A stretch of 64,000 nt of DNA from Calditrichaceae bacterium (GCA_050173015.1 JBFXLE010000004.1:192001-256000), one strand, 5' to 3'; shown: positions 9,995 through 19,810, counted from the stretch's first letter. Notes: a model not told the origin generated them from the letters alone. Numbers and translations are program-made.

Positions 9995-11044
9995 TTATTT
10001 TTTATCCTTAATTTTTAGATTTTTTTTACGAATTTCCCATTTTTTCTTTGCCAGTTCCTGCATATTTACTTCAATGTCCTTCTCATCCATAATTTCTAAT
10101 CCAAGCAATGTCTCGATTATATCTTCCATCGTAACCAAACCTTGCATACCACCATATTCATTGATAATCAATGCTATATGTTCTTTTTTTACAAGTAATT
10201 CTTCGAGTAGTTTTGAAATAGAAAAGTTCTCGTAAAAGACGATTATAAAACGCTTTAAATCTTTAAGTTTTAGACTGTGCTTATCATTAGCCAGTTCTTC
10301 CAGTACATCCGATTTAAGAATATATCCCGTCACGTTATCAATACTTCCTGAATAAACAGGGATTCTGGAGTATTGCAGATATTCCTTCTGCTTTATAAAA
10401 TCATCAAGAAACATTTCTTCAGGCGCCGATAGGACAACAGTGCGCGGAGTCATAATTTCACGTACATTAATCTTCCTAAGTCTGATTAAATTGTCTATAA
10501 CTTTACTTTCACTTTCTTTTAGCGCGCCGTCTTTTGTGCCTATATGCGCCAAGGCGACAACTTCTTCCCTGCTAACCTTTTGGGGTTTTTTGTTTTTTGA
10601 AATAAGTTTTGTTATGAATTCAGACAAAATTACCAACGGATAAGAAATGTAAATCATCCCTATTATTACAAAGGCCGATGGCAAAGCCAGTTTTCTCCAG
10701 AAGATAGCTCCGATGGTTTTCGGAATAATTTCCGAAAAAAACAAAATCAAAATGGTAAGAGTGGCTGAAATTACTCCAAAATAGATCTCACCAAATACGG
10801 CGACCGCCTGGGCGCCGACACCGGCCGCGCCAATCGTATGCGCCACCGTATTGATGGTTAATATTGCCGATAGAGGCCGGTCGATTTTGTTTTTTAGATC
10901 TTTTAGATATTTGGCGGATGCCTTTCCTTCAATTTCTTTGATTTTAATGAAAGGGGCTGAAACTGACAGAATTACAGCTTCAGCGATTGAGCAGACAAAG
11001 GATACAACCAAAGCTAAAGCTAAATAAAAAAGAAGAAGCGTCAT
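9995..11044 (-). CDS. CNNM (DUF21)-CBS domain membrane protein, CorC/HlyC hemolysin-like family
   Basis: SFVCSIAEA, SEIIPKT, IMTPR, YSRIPVY, EYGG..GLVTMEDIIE. Confidence 0.9.
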   Translation of the reverse strand: MTLLLFYLALALVVSFVCSIAEAVILSVSAPFIKIKEIEGKASAKYLKDLKNKIDRPLSAILTINTVAHTIGAAGVGAQAVAVFGEIYFGVISATLTILILFFSEIIPKTIGAIFWRKLALPSAFVIIGMIYISYPLVILSEFITKLISKNKKPQKVSREEVVALAHIGTKDGALKESESKVIDNLIRLRKINVREIMTPRTVVLSAPEEMFLDDFIKQKEYLQYSRIPVYSGSIDNVTGYILKSDVLEELANDKHSLKLKDLKRFIIVFYENFSISKLLEELLVKKEHIALIINEYGGMQGLVTMEDIIETLLGLEIMDEKDIEVNMQELAKKKWEIRKKNLKIKDKK

Positions 11045-11217
11045 AATTATATATGTTCCTATGATAAAACTTTTAGAATAATTAAGTATAAAAGGGTATT
11101 ATGTAGTTTTCAATACTTTTATCAGATAAGTTCTGTCAAGCGGAGTAACCTTATTTTATAATACAAAGGTCAAAAAAACAAAAATAAGGTGAGAAGAGTT
11201 TAGCGAATCAATTAGGC

Positions 11218-11321
11218 GCATAACGGATAAAGCTTGGTGTCGTCCGTCGATTGACAACGATTGAAATTCATGACGGCAACAACAAGGCTCCATAAAGCAC
11301 GTTTTTTGGCGTAGGTTAGTA
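11218..11321 (-). mobile_element. Degenerate attC-like site
   Basis: On minus strand TACTAAC right after the stop codon, imperfect stem gagccttgttgttgccgtc/gacggacgacaccaagc, ends GTTATGC. Confidence 0.55.
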
Positions 11322-11322
11322 T

Positions 11323-11904
11323 TTATTTTACAATGCTTTTAAACAAAGCCCCAAATTTTGGGATATACATGGGTGTCGTTTCCTTGTATTTCAGGTAATC
11401 AACTCCAAGTCTTTTTTCGAGTTCCGGCTCTTCGATGTATTTCAATTCAAGACTGTTAAACAGTATATATAATGGTGTAAAAATTACGACAAGAGAAAAA
11501 CTCTCAATCATGATACCAAGGCCGAATAAAAATAAATACAAACCGCTAATCATCGGATTTCGTGTATAGCCATACGGTCCTGCTTTAACTATTTCCGGCG
11601 GAGGATTTATAGGTACGGGTGTCCCATTAACTTTTAAAAAACAGAAGGCGGACCAGAAGGTCAGAAAAGAACCGAAGATGATCAGAGGCGCTGATAAATA
11701 TAGATTGTACGGATAGCTTAGAATTGGAGCTATATTTAGAAATTTATCTGTTTCAACGGAAATCAGAATGAATATGAATGTAAAAACGCCAAAAATCAGC
11801 ACTCCTAAAGGTGTCAGAACATTTCTGACATGTTTCGCGCTTGTAGCAGCTTTATATATGAGATTGATCCAGGAAGACTTTAATCCCATTGAACATGTTC
11901 CCAA
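11323..11904 (-). CDS. Isoprenylcysteine carboxyl methyltransferase (Ste14/PEMT) family membrane protein; gene cassette
   Basis: GTP.P..PP..V.AGPY..TRNPM, EEPEL.KR.G..Y..Y; begins just after GTTAGAC; true start may be a few codons downstream. Confidence 0.85.
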   Translation of the reverse strand: MGTCSMGLKSSWINLIYKAATSAKHVRNVLTPLGVLIFGVFTFIFILISVETDKFLNIAPILSYPYNLYLSAPLIIFGSFLTFWSAFCFLKVNGTPVPINPPPEIVKAGPYGYTRNPMISGLYLFLFGLGIMIESFSLVVIFTPLYILFNSLELKYIEEPELEKRLGVDYLKYKETTPMYIPKFGALFKSIVK

Positions 11905-11930
11905 TGTATTGATATCACTAAATTACGTAG

Positions 11931-12061
11931 GTCTAACGACCCGGCATAAGCGGCGCGCGACCAGGCGGCCGCTACTTTTGACGAAACCGCTGCTCGACCG
12001 GATTGAAAAACCGCAAAAACCGCCCGGCTGTTAACCTCCGCCTTAATGCCGTTTGTTATGG
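11931..12061 (-). mobile_element. attC site (131 bp)
   Basis: Minus strand: CCATAAC-aaac-ggcattaaggcgg ... ccgcttatgcc-gggtc-GTTAGAC, with two extrahelical bases on the R''/L'' arm. Confidence 0.85.
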
Positions 12062-12168
12062 CGCCAACCACAAAACAGCAGGGTAGCCAAACATACAAAA
12101 CCCGCTGAAACCAGCCCAAAAAAACTTATACATAAAAGATAATTTCACATAGAGCATAAGCCGGGCTT

Positions 12169-12235
12169 GCCCAACAAAGGGTTCAGATTGTGGTTTGCAA
12201 AAAACGCTCATACAATCAAACCCTATTCGTTATAC
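12169..12235 (-). mobile_element. attC site (67 bp)
   Basis: Minus strand: GTATAAC 6 bp after stop codon, stem gggtttgattgt/acaatctgaaccc, ends GTTGGGC. Confidence 0.8.
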
Positions 12236-12241
12236 GCTCAC

Positions 12242-13228
12242 TCAATCATTTATCATTTTAATCACTTTATAGCTGAAGTTGATTAGATTTTCAAGCCCAG
12301 CTGAATAAGTAGTATGAAAATAATAAACTTTATTATCAATTTTCATAAGTAACATCTGGTTTGCCATCATGTCCCCATCATAATAGACCACAGTTCCCAA
12401 ATCTCTATAATTTTGTAAGCCATATATTCCCATTCCGACTAAATGATTTTGCTTATCTTGATCTTCAATCCAATTAGTCATCAGCTTATACTCCGGTTGC
12501 CTGGATATGTATGAAAATGTTTTTATTGCGTCTTTTGCTGGTGAAATCAATCCACCTGCAAACCCTGTAGCCGACCAATGAAATGGCCAGGGATTTTGAT
12601 AGCCGAGTGGGTAATTTCCTTTTCCGTCATCCATTCTAAGCGACGGAGCGATATTACCAAAATACTCTTTGATAATCGTATTAAAATCCTTTTTTAAAAT
12701 CTTCTCAAGGATTATTCCTAAAATATTGTAATTTGTATTTGAATATTGAAATTTTCCCCCTGGTTGGAATTCCAGTTCTTTATCCTGATATGCTGCCTGA
12801 ATAGTCTGTAATGGGGTAATTATTAGGTTGGGATCAATTTTAATGTATTTGATATATTCTTGTATACCACTTGTGTTATATAAAAGCATTTTTAGTGTAA
12901 TAGAATCGGATTTTGTATATCCATATTCTTTGGGAAACCATTTTTCAATGGTCAAATCTAAGTCTATTTTTTCTTTTAAATATATATAACTAATACACGA
13001 TTTAGTGCTCGGACAAGCGAGTTTCAAATCATTATTCTCATTAATTCTTCCAGCGGTTAAAATGGTTAAACTGTCTGTAATTTCATCATAGAATCCGAAC
13101 AATAATCCGTTGTCATCATTCTGAATAAATTGTTTCATAGATATTTGAACAGAATCGAGTATGGTTTGCGGAAAAACGGAGTTGGAACTTAAAAATAAAA
13201 ACAACAATAGAACTTTAAACTTTCTCAT
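12242..13228 (-). CDS. Serine hydrolase / class C beta-lactamase-like fold protein, secreted; gene cassette
   Basis: Signal peptide from MRKFK (AGGGG RBS); ITLKMLL.NTSG, F.PG.KFQYSNTNY..LG, AGGLIS; SxxK motif atypical. Confidence 0.8.
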   Translation of the reverse strand: MRKFKVLLLFLFLSSNSVFPQTILDSVQISMKQFIQNDDNGLLFGFYDEITDSLTILTAGRINENNDLKLACPSTKSCISYIYLKEKIDLDLTIEKWFPKEYGYTKSDSITLKMLLYNTSGIQEYIKYIKIDPNLIITPLQTIQAAYQDKELEFQPGGKFQYSNTNYNILGIILEKILKKDFNTIIKEYFGNIAPSLRMDDGKGNYPLGYQNPWPFHWSATGFAGGLISPAKDAIKTFSYISRQPEYKLMTNWIEDQDKQNHLVGMGIYGLQNYRDLGTVVYYDGDMMANQMLLMKIDNKVYYFHTTYSAGLENLINFSYKVIKMIND

Positions 13229-13264
13229 AATTTCCCCTTTTGGCGTATAGCATTTTGATTCGAC

Positions 13265-14030
13265 GTCTCTGTTAATCGTCATTTTATTCTGATATTAGAA
13301 AAATTAATCGTCGAAAACAGTTCGCTCCTCCGTTTAATAGAATAGGATTTTTTTTAGACACACCACAAATCACTAGTTGCATGTTTTCATAAATCCGGCC
13401 CGATATTGTATCCAAATAATGAGCTGACATCTATATCAAAAAATCAACTGTCATCGTTTTCAAGGATTGAAGCAAAAAGAAAAGATTAAATAAAATCGAT
13501 ATAATTATAATTAAAAGAAATGTAAATTTCAACATCTAAAAATTCACATGCTATTCTTAATTCATAACACCATTATTTTGCCGGTCCATCGGCCAATTGC
13601 CGGGAGGAGATTCCGATAATCCACTTCGTCCCTCCCTGGCAAAGGGAAAGCATCTTATTCATCTTTAATAAAGGGTAGGGGGGTGATTCTACGGTGGGTT
13701 TGGCATGAGTAATCCGCGCGTCATATACAGATATAAAATGAAGCTTATTAAAAATATGTAAAAATTTTTAACCCGATGTCGGGAATTTTAAATTCCGTTT
13801 GGCAATAGATTTCAACCTTAGTGGCAAAACAGCACCACACCATTCCTTTATTATTCGGCATTAATGGTTGCCGTTCAAAATCGCTAAATATTAAATGGGT
13901 GAAAGATTGTTGGATTAAGTTCGTACCCAATAAGGTAATAAGGTTTGAAAGATTGGTTGATTTTATCCTACTAAGGTTAAAAAAAACAAAAATAAGGTGC
14001 TAAGAGTTTAGCGAATCAACTTTACGCGCA
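13265..14030. repeat. Non-coding block, copy 1 (homologous to 15013-15837)
   Basis: 13265-13510 aligns with 15013-15270; 13814-14030 aligns with 15622-15837. Confidence 0.9.
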
Positions 14031-14124
14031 TAACGTTTGACATAAGCTGTGCGTAAGTCCGATGCTTTAAAAGTTGCCATTTTATGCTCCGAAGTGTGCG
14101 TCCTACTCAATGCCATTGGTATGT
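14028..14124 (-). mobile_element. attC-like site overlapping the 3' end of the lipoprotein gene
   Basis: Minus strand ACATACC-aatgg-CATTGAG ... gcttatgtc-aaac-GTTATGC; R'' deviates from RYYYAAC. Confidence 0.65.
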
Positions 14125-14981
14125 TTACTTTTAATGATATCAACTATATTGTATTTGTTTTTAGAGATTATTCGCCAGACATTTTCCTTGTCATAGTCAA
14201 TTTCAGACTTCACAATGTTAATGCTGTTTTGATTAGAGTCGAATGAATATTCCAGTTTTTCACTATGTGGATTTGCTTCAGCCGAGGGAAAACATTTTTC
14301 CAGGAGAAATGTTTCGTTCTTCATATTTTTAGGAAAGTAATGAATAGCTATCGTTTGATAACCTTCCTGCTGATTGTTTCCAATATAATAAAAGCTTGAG
14401 TCATTGAAAATCTTGTGATCTTCAAATTTTATTTCACCAATTCCGGTAATATCCATTTTTGAAAACATTCTATCAATAGTATAACCATTATCGCCAACTT
14501 TAAGTAATCCGTATGCATAGCAGATTCTTTCAAAACCAAAATACTCAACAAAAATCCCTAGTTGTAGCGTATCATTCACATCCTTTATTTCTTTTAAATA
14601 AAACAATCCATCATTCACATAGTGGCTCCTGGATCGCAAATGATTTTCTTTTACAAAATATTCAATTATCCTCGAGAATTTATCTTTTCTTAACTGAAAG
14701 TTAAAAGCAAAACTCGTATCGATACTATTATCAAAAAGAGTAAAATTACTTGAATTTTCTTTTCCTCGCGCTTGATCATGATATTTTATCACATACAATC
14801 GATAAAATAGTGAGTCGTGAGTCAAAATTGAATTTTTTGATTCTATTTCTGGCTTGGTTTTGTTTACTTTTAACTCATTATCCTGTGAAGTGACATGAGT
14901 TTTATTCTCATCAGAAGGCTTATTTTCATTTTGTTGACAGGAAAGAAACAAAAAAAATAAAATAAGAAGGATTTTCATCAT
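14103..14981 (-). CDS. Hypothetical lipoprotein; gene cassette
   Basis: Lipobox FLSC after a hydrophobic stretch; AT-rich; ends in attC. Confidence 0.75.
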   Translation of the reverse strand: MMKILLILFFLFLSCQQNENKPSDENKTHVTSQDNELKVNKTKPEIESKNSILTHDSLFYRLYVIKYHDQARGKENSSNFTLFDNSIDTSFAFNFQLRKDKFSRIIEYFVKENHLRSRSHYVNDGLFYLKEIKDVNDTLQLGIFVEYFGFERICYAYGLLKVGDNGYTIDRMFSKMDITGIGEIKFEDHKIFNDSSFYYIGNNQQEGYQTIAIHYFPKNMKNETFLLEKCFPSAEANPHSEKLEYSFDSNQNSINIVKSEIDYDKENVWRIISKNKYNIVDIIKSKHTNGIE

Positions 14982-15012
14982 TGACCCTGTAAATATGACA
15001 TATTGCGTAATT

Positions 15013-15837
15013 GTCTCTGTTAATTATCGTTTAGTATTATGTTAGAAAAAATCTTTCTAATATTAGAAAAATTAATCATCGCAAACAGTTCGCTCCTCCG
15101 TTCTACAGAATAAAAACTTTTTAAGATTCACCCCAAACCATTCTTTGTATTTGAAATCCGGAATGAGATTCTATCCAAATAATGCGCTGACATCTATATC
15201 AATAAATCAACTGTTATCGTTTTCAACGATTGAAGCAAAAATAAAGGCTTAACTAAATACGTTATTATTATAAACAAATGTCATAAAGTTTTCAACCATT
15301 AAAAAATCTTCTGCTGTATTTTAAAGAATAGCTTGTGATAAGTACAAGCACAAAGGCATTTACAGCCAGAGCTTTTGATAAGACACTTAGTTCCCGATTG
15401 ACATGGTGGAAACGCCTGAGCCTCACTAAAAAAATAGGTAGGGCAGGGGGCTAATGTGATTTTGGCCCGGGTAATCCCTGACCCATTGACTGATATAAAA
15501 TGATACATATCTGACGATGTCTAAATTAGTAACCAAAAGTGGGGAATTTTAAATAATGCCACCTACCGAAAATACTTTCATTCGAGACTCTCAATCGGTA
15601 AAACCTTATTTCCTAGTCTTTAACCTTAGTAGAAAAACAGTCCCACACAATTCCTTTACGTTTTGGAATGAATGGTTGCCTTTCAAAATCGCTAAATATA
15701 AAATGGGTGAAAGATTGTTGGGTTAAGTTCGTACCCAATAAGGTAATAAGGTTTGATCGTATGGTTGGTATTATGCTACTAAGGTCAAAAAAACAAAAAT
15801 AAGGTGAGAAGAGTTTAGCGAATTAACTTTACGCGCA
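15013..15837. repeat. Non-coding block, copy 2
   Basis: Homologous to 13265-14030; partial third copy at 11166-11224. Confidence 0.9.
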
Positions 15838-15854
15838 GGACTTCTGTTCTTTTA

Positions 15855-17174
15855 TTATTCAGAGAAATGCGACAATACCTGTTGGATATTCGCTACAAAC
15901 GGCGTGGATGAATAACGGCTGATGGTCCAGGGGTTGATGAGTCCAATGACGGAAATGATCAATGAAATCGTAAAAAATATATTGAAAACACGCTGTCTGG
16001 CCACGCGGGATATCCGGAGGCGCGGATAAAGAAAGAAAAACCACAGGGGAATAAAGGGAACAAACCAGCGGATACTGTAGCTGTCCCCCGCGTAATTGTT
16101 TGTCATCAGCAGATAATACAAAATCATGATCAGCGAGGCGGTTCCAATCACTAATGCTTCTTTGCGGAATTTGCTTTTATTTTTGATTTCCCTGATTAAA
16201 AGGGGTAACGCGATCCATAAAAATGGATTATAAAGCAGAAAACCTTTCGGCCCGATCATCATCTGCGCACTGTATTCTAAAAAAACCGGCAGCGAATTCA
16301 CCGAAATACCTGATAATTCATTGGATCCGTTCCAGGGGGAACCGGGATATTCAAAATAAGAACGGTCAATCTGAGCGGGAATGATACTGCCCGTGATCAG
16401 ATAGCTCAGAAGAAGGGCGGGCAGGGCGGTAAATAGGAGTGGTATAAAATAAAACACCGCTTTTTTTCGTAAGGGTGGATTTGTCAGGATATACGCGGCG
16501 AATCCCGCGTAGAAAACAGATGTCGGAATATCCATCGCCGCGGCTAAAGCAAGAAAGAATCCGCCGTAAAACACATCTTTACTGTCAGATTCAGCATATC
16601 GCGCCCGGAGCAGAAAATAATATCCCGTCATTAGCATTGACGCGGCCAGGGAATGATTGTTAAAGGTGGATGACCATGTAAAATGAAGCGAAGCAATTCC
16701 CAGCGCCAGAGTCAGCCAGAATCGTTTCCTGTTGCTGATTCCGGTGAATCCAAGCGCGGAATAGAAGGCGGCCAATCCGATAATCCAGAATAATTTGACC
16801 GTAAATAAAGTGATCAGGTAATACGACGCGTTCCATCCATAATCAAGTCTTATTCCGAGATGATACAGCGGCCAATAAACCGCCGCGCCAAGTATCGCCG
16901 GAAGCGCCGGTTTGTCGGAATAAAAATGCCCGTTTACAAAAATTTTATCTCCCGTGTCGGAAAAAACCGAACGGTCGATGGCAAAGGTGCCATGCTCCAC
17001 CAGGGACTGCACAACGGCCATGCGACTGGAATCATTCCACGAAGCCGCTTTGGGTTTAACAGAGATGATTGAAATGAGAATCAGCAGTAAAATTAAATTG
17101 CGAAGCGCGAATTTACGGTCTGCAGATAAAGCGGGTGTATTACTTCCGGAAATAACTTGAGAAACAAAACGCAA
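15855..17174 (-). CDS. Polytopic membrane protein, probable GT-C/ArnT-like glycosyltransferase
   Basis: WNDSSR loop after TM1, YSDKP, about 10 hydrophobic segments, GDSYSIRW. Confidence 0.6.
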   Translation of the reverse strand: MRFVSQVISGSNTPALSADRKFALRNLILLLILISIISVKPKAASWNDSSRMAVVQSLVEHGTFAIDRSVFSDTGDKIFVNGHFYSDKPALPAILGAAVYWPLYHLGIRLDYGWNASYYLITLFTVKLFWIIGLAAFYSALGFTGISNRKRFWLTLALGIASLHFTWSSTFNNHSLAASMLMTGYYFLLRARYAESDSKDVFYGGFFLALAAAMDIPTSVFYAGFAAYILTNPPLRKKAVFYFIPLLFTALPALLLSYLITGSIIPAQIDRSYFEYPGSPWNGSNELSGISVNSLPVFLEYSAQMMIGPKGFLLYNPFLWIALPLLIREIKNKSKFRKEALVIGTASLIMILYYLLMTNNYAGDSYSIRWFVPFIPLWFFFLYPRLRISRVARQRVFNIFFTISLIISVIGLINPWTISRYSSTPFVANIQQVLSHFSE

Positions 17175-17396
17175 TATTATTCTCCATATTCGGCTTTATT
17201 TGTCTGAACTCTGACCGGATGAAAGCTAAAGTAGGAAGTAGGAAGTAGGAAGTAAGAAGGTCAGGAATAATCTGTTTCCCCCTTGATCAAAGGTGGACTA
17301 AGGGGGTTGTTTCTTGACCCGAGAAAGTAAAATGAAAAAGTGTCTGAACTGTGATTATCGGTGTTCTAATCATAGCCCGTCATTTAATCATTTCCA

Positions 17397-17575
17397 CCCG
17401 CCAGAGGCGGGCAGGTCAGAGTTCAAACCGTTCTTCATCTTTTTTCTTTTTTCGTTTATCTTTTTTCTTATCCTTCCTACTTCTCAAGGCGCATGATCAT
17501 GCACCCCTACAGTTTCTTGCTTCTTCCCAGGGCGCGAGCATCGCGCCCCTACTTCCTACTTCTTACTTCTTACTT
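17397..17575. repeat. Composite repeat cluster with two GTAG-type REP-like hairpins and heptamer runs
   Basis: ggcgcatgatcatgcacccctac 17488-17510; gggcgcgagcatcgcgcccctac 17530-17552. Confidence 0.75.
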
Positions 17576-18180
17576 CAGATTTTTTCTCCGTGCGGCGGGA
17601 TCGGTTTTAGTATCAAAACGGTAGCGTTCCCCAGCCGGACTTCAATTAATTTAATATCCTCTTTCAGATTTCTCAAAGAATTTTCACCCTTCCAGAATTC
17701 TTCCATATATTCGGCGTTGTGAGATTGGGGATTGCGCATACCGATGATTTTCCAAAAATCGGATGGCAGTTCCAGCTTGAATTCAACTGCTTCATTTGGT
17801 CTGATCAGGTTTTTGGACGGGTATTTTTCCCGGCTTCCCTTGATAAGAATCATTTTATCATCACTTACGGTATAAATGATAAACTGGTCGGAATTATAAT
17901 TATAGGTCAATGGATAAACATCTGTATTTACCACCTTAATCATCACCGCCTCGATGTCGAATTCCGCGTAGGCGTATATTTTCGGATTCATGTCGCTGGT
18001 TCGTTTATACCGGGCGCCTTCCGCCTGAGTGTAAGATACAATTTTGAATTCGTTTGATTCATCGGCGTTCATTTTTATGCCAAAAAAGTCATTCATACTT
18101 CTGGGCGAACAGGAAAGAATGATGAGCATAATTAAAAAAATGGCAAATACATTTTTTAAAAAAGCAATATTTTTATCCAT
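17575..18180 (-). CDS. Hypothetical lipoprotein
   Basis: Likely start MDKNIAF, lipobox ILSC; the longer ORF start lies inside palindromic repeats. Confidence 0.7.
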   Translation of the reverse strand: MDKNIAFLKNVFAIFLIMLIILSCSPRSMNDFFGIKMNADESNEFKIVSYTQAEGARYKRTSDMNPKIYAYAEFDIEAVMIKVVNTDVYPLTYNYNSDQFIIYTVSDDKMILIKGSREKYPSKNLIRPNEAVEFKLELPSDFWKIIGMRNPQSHNAEYMEEFWKGENSLRNLKEDIKLIEVRLGNATVLILKPIPPHGEKI

Positions 18181-18475
18181 TTTCACCGCCTTTCTGATTA
18201 AACGATTAAATACTACTATCAACCATTCCCCTTTTCGAAAGGGGACAAGGTGTTTCCCCCTGGCCAAACGGGGACTAAGGGGGTTACTTCCACAAAAACG
18301 TTTTAAATGAACCGGACCGAAGAATCACAACCCCCTAACCCCCTTTATTAAGGTGTTCCCCCCTTGCCAAACGGGTTATTATCTATTCGTCTTCCTCGCC
18401 CAAACCACCGCGAATAATATACCGATGCCAATCCTTACGTACCAGAAAAATTATCTTCGGCGGATCTGTGCCGGA

Positions 18476-19369
18476 TTATTTAGTGACAGCGCTTTTAATC
18501 ACAGAACCCTTAGCATAGGGGAGATCGAGACCCAATAAATAACCGATGGTCGGCGCCATATCGAACTGTGTATATTCGTTGGAGTCGATGAGACCCGCGG
18601 GTGTATCGGGTCCGATGACCAGCAGCATAATATGCCGGCATCCTTCGCATCCATCGCCGTGACCGCTGAAATCGCGCGTATGTCTTCCGTGATCATTGGT
18701 GATAAACAACGCCGTTTGATTCGCGTAAAAAGAATCGGTTTGTACCACTCGCCAGAGTTCATTTACAAGACTGTCCGCTTGACGCAGCGCCTGTGTATAT
18801 TGCTGTTGGTTACCGCTGTGTCCCCCAATATCCGTTTCCGCCAGATTCACCATGACTAGGCGGGGATGTCGCGTTGAAATGATACCCCTGAGATTTTCCC
18901 AAGTGACGAGATCGCTTTCCGGCTCTGCCGATGGTTTTACAAATGCTCCATAACTTTCACCATAATCCGGATGATCGCTAAAGGCCGTAATATCCAGTTT
19001 GTCCTTTCCTAAAATGACAAAACAGTCATTTTGAGCCGCTCCGGTTTGTTTCCGGAAATATTCAAAAAGTGTCGGTTGACGCGGGCGTTCGGAACCGTCA
19101 TTGGCGATATCCTGCCGGGTTCCGGTCAGGATGGCCGAATGTCCCGGATTGGTCAGTGTTGGCCCGGCGTTATAAAACGAAGTGAAAATAACTCCTTTCG
19201 GTCTCAGCTCATTCCAGATTTTCGGGATAAACCGATGTGACTCATCGCCAAAGGTTTCAGAATACCTCGCGCCGTCAATCACGATGATAAATACATTATT
19301 AGTCGAAGCGGAATTAACATCACCGATTTTCAGAAAAATTACGGTAGTGATCATAAGCAGATATTTCAT
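18476..19369 (-). CDS. Alkaline phosphatase/sulfatase superfamily metalloenzyme, secreted
   Basis: Start MKYLL; IIVIDGAR, TNPGH.AILTG, ETDIGGH, ITNDHGRH, QFDMAPTI. Confidence 0.85.
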   Translation of the reverse strand: MKYLLMITTVIFLKIGDVNSASTNNVFIIVIDGARYSETFGDESHRFIPKIWNELRPKGVIFTSFYNAGPTLTNPGHSAILTGTRQDIANDGSERPRQPTLFEYFRKQTGAAQNDCFVILGKDKLDITAFSDHPDYGESYGAFVKPSAEPESDLVTWENLRGIISTRHPRLVMVNLAETDIGGHSGNQQQYTQALRQADSLVNELWRVVQTDSFYANQTALFITNDHGRHTRDFSGHGDGCEGCRHIMLLVIGPDTPAGLIDSNEYTQFDMAPTIGYLLGLDLPYAKGSVIKSAVTK

Positions 19370-19618
19370 CGGTTCCCCTGTCTTTACCATATAGAACATG
19401 AGTGGCAATATGAATATTTCAGCATGAAAACGCGTGGAAAATTTATCATTTTTCGGCGGGGTTTTAGAAAGGGGAAATACTCGGGACCATATAATCAGTA
19501 CCAGCTGTGATCCTTTACGCGAAATATTCATTGATGGCGTTGATTGGAGAATAGTCTGAACTTTGATTAGTGTGATTAAAGGATGGCCTATGATTTGAAC
19601 ATGGTAATCATGCGCATT

Positions 19619-19810
19619 CGCCAAAGGCGGACAGGTCACGGTTCAGACATTTTCCCATTCTTCAAGTCTCACTTCCAGCTTCTTGCTTCTTTCCAGGGCG
19701 CGAGCATCGCGCCCCTACTCTTTTTTCTTATCCTTCTTACTTCTCAAGGCGCATAATCATGCGCCCCTACTCTTAACTTCCTACTTCTTACTTCCTACTT
19801 CCTACTTTAT
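19619..19810. repeat. Composite repeat cluster with two GTAG-type REP-like hairpins and heptamer runs
   Basis: Hairpins at 19696-19718 and 19748-19770, same types as at 17488-17552. Confidence 0.75.

Noticed and set aside
13748-13930. 60-aa ORF faintly like an IS200/RAYT N-terminus (FTHLIFS..RQPL)
   Set aside because: No HUH or catalytic Tyr motif follows, and the resemblance is too short to support a call.
13821-14003. Integron integrase gene
   Set aside because: Only a weak box I-like stretch; no full-length ORF or box II. Kept only as one hypothesis for the repeated block.
19370-19639. 90-aa N-terminal extension of the phosphatase-like ORF
   Set aside because: It starts inside a repeat; the signal peptide and RBS fit the ATG at 19369.
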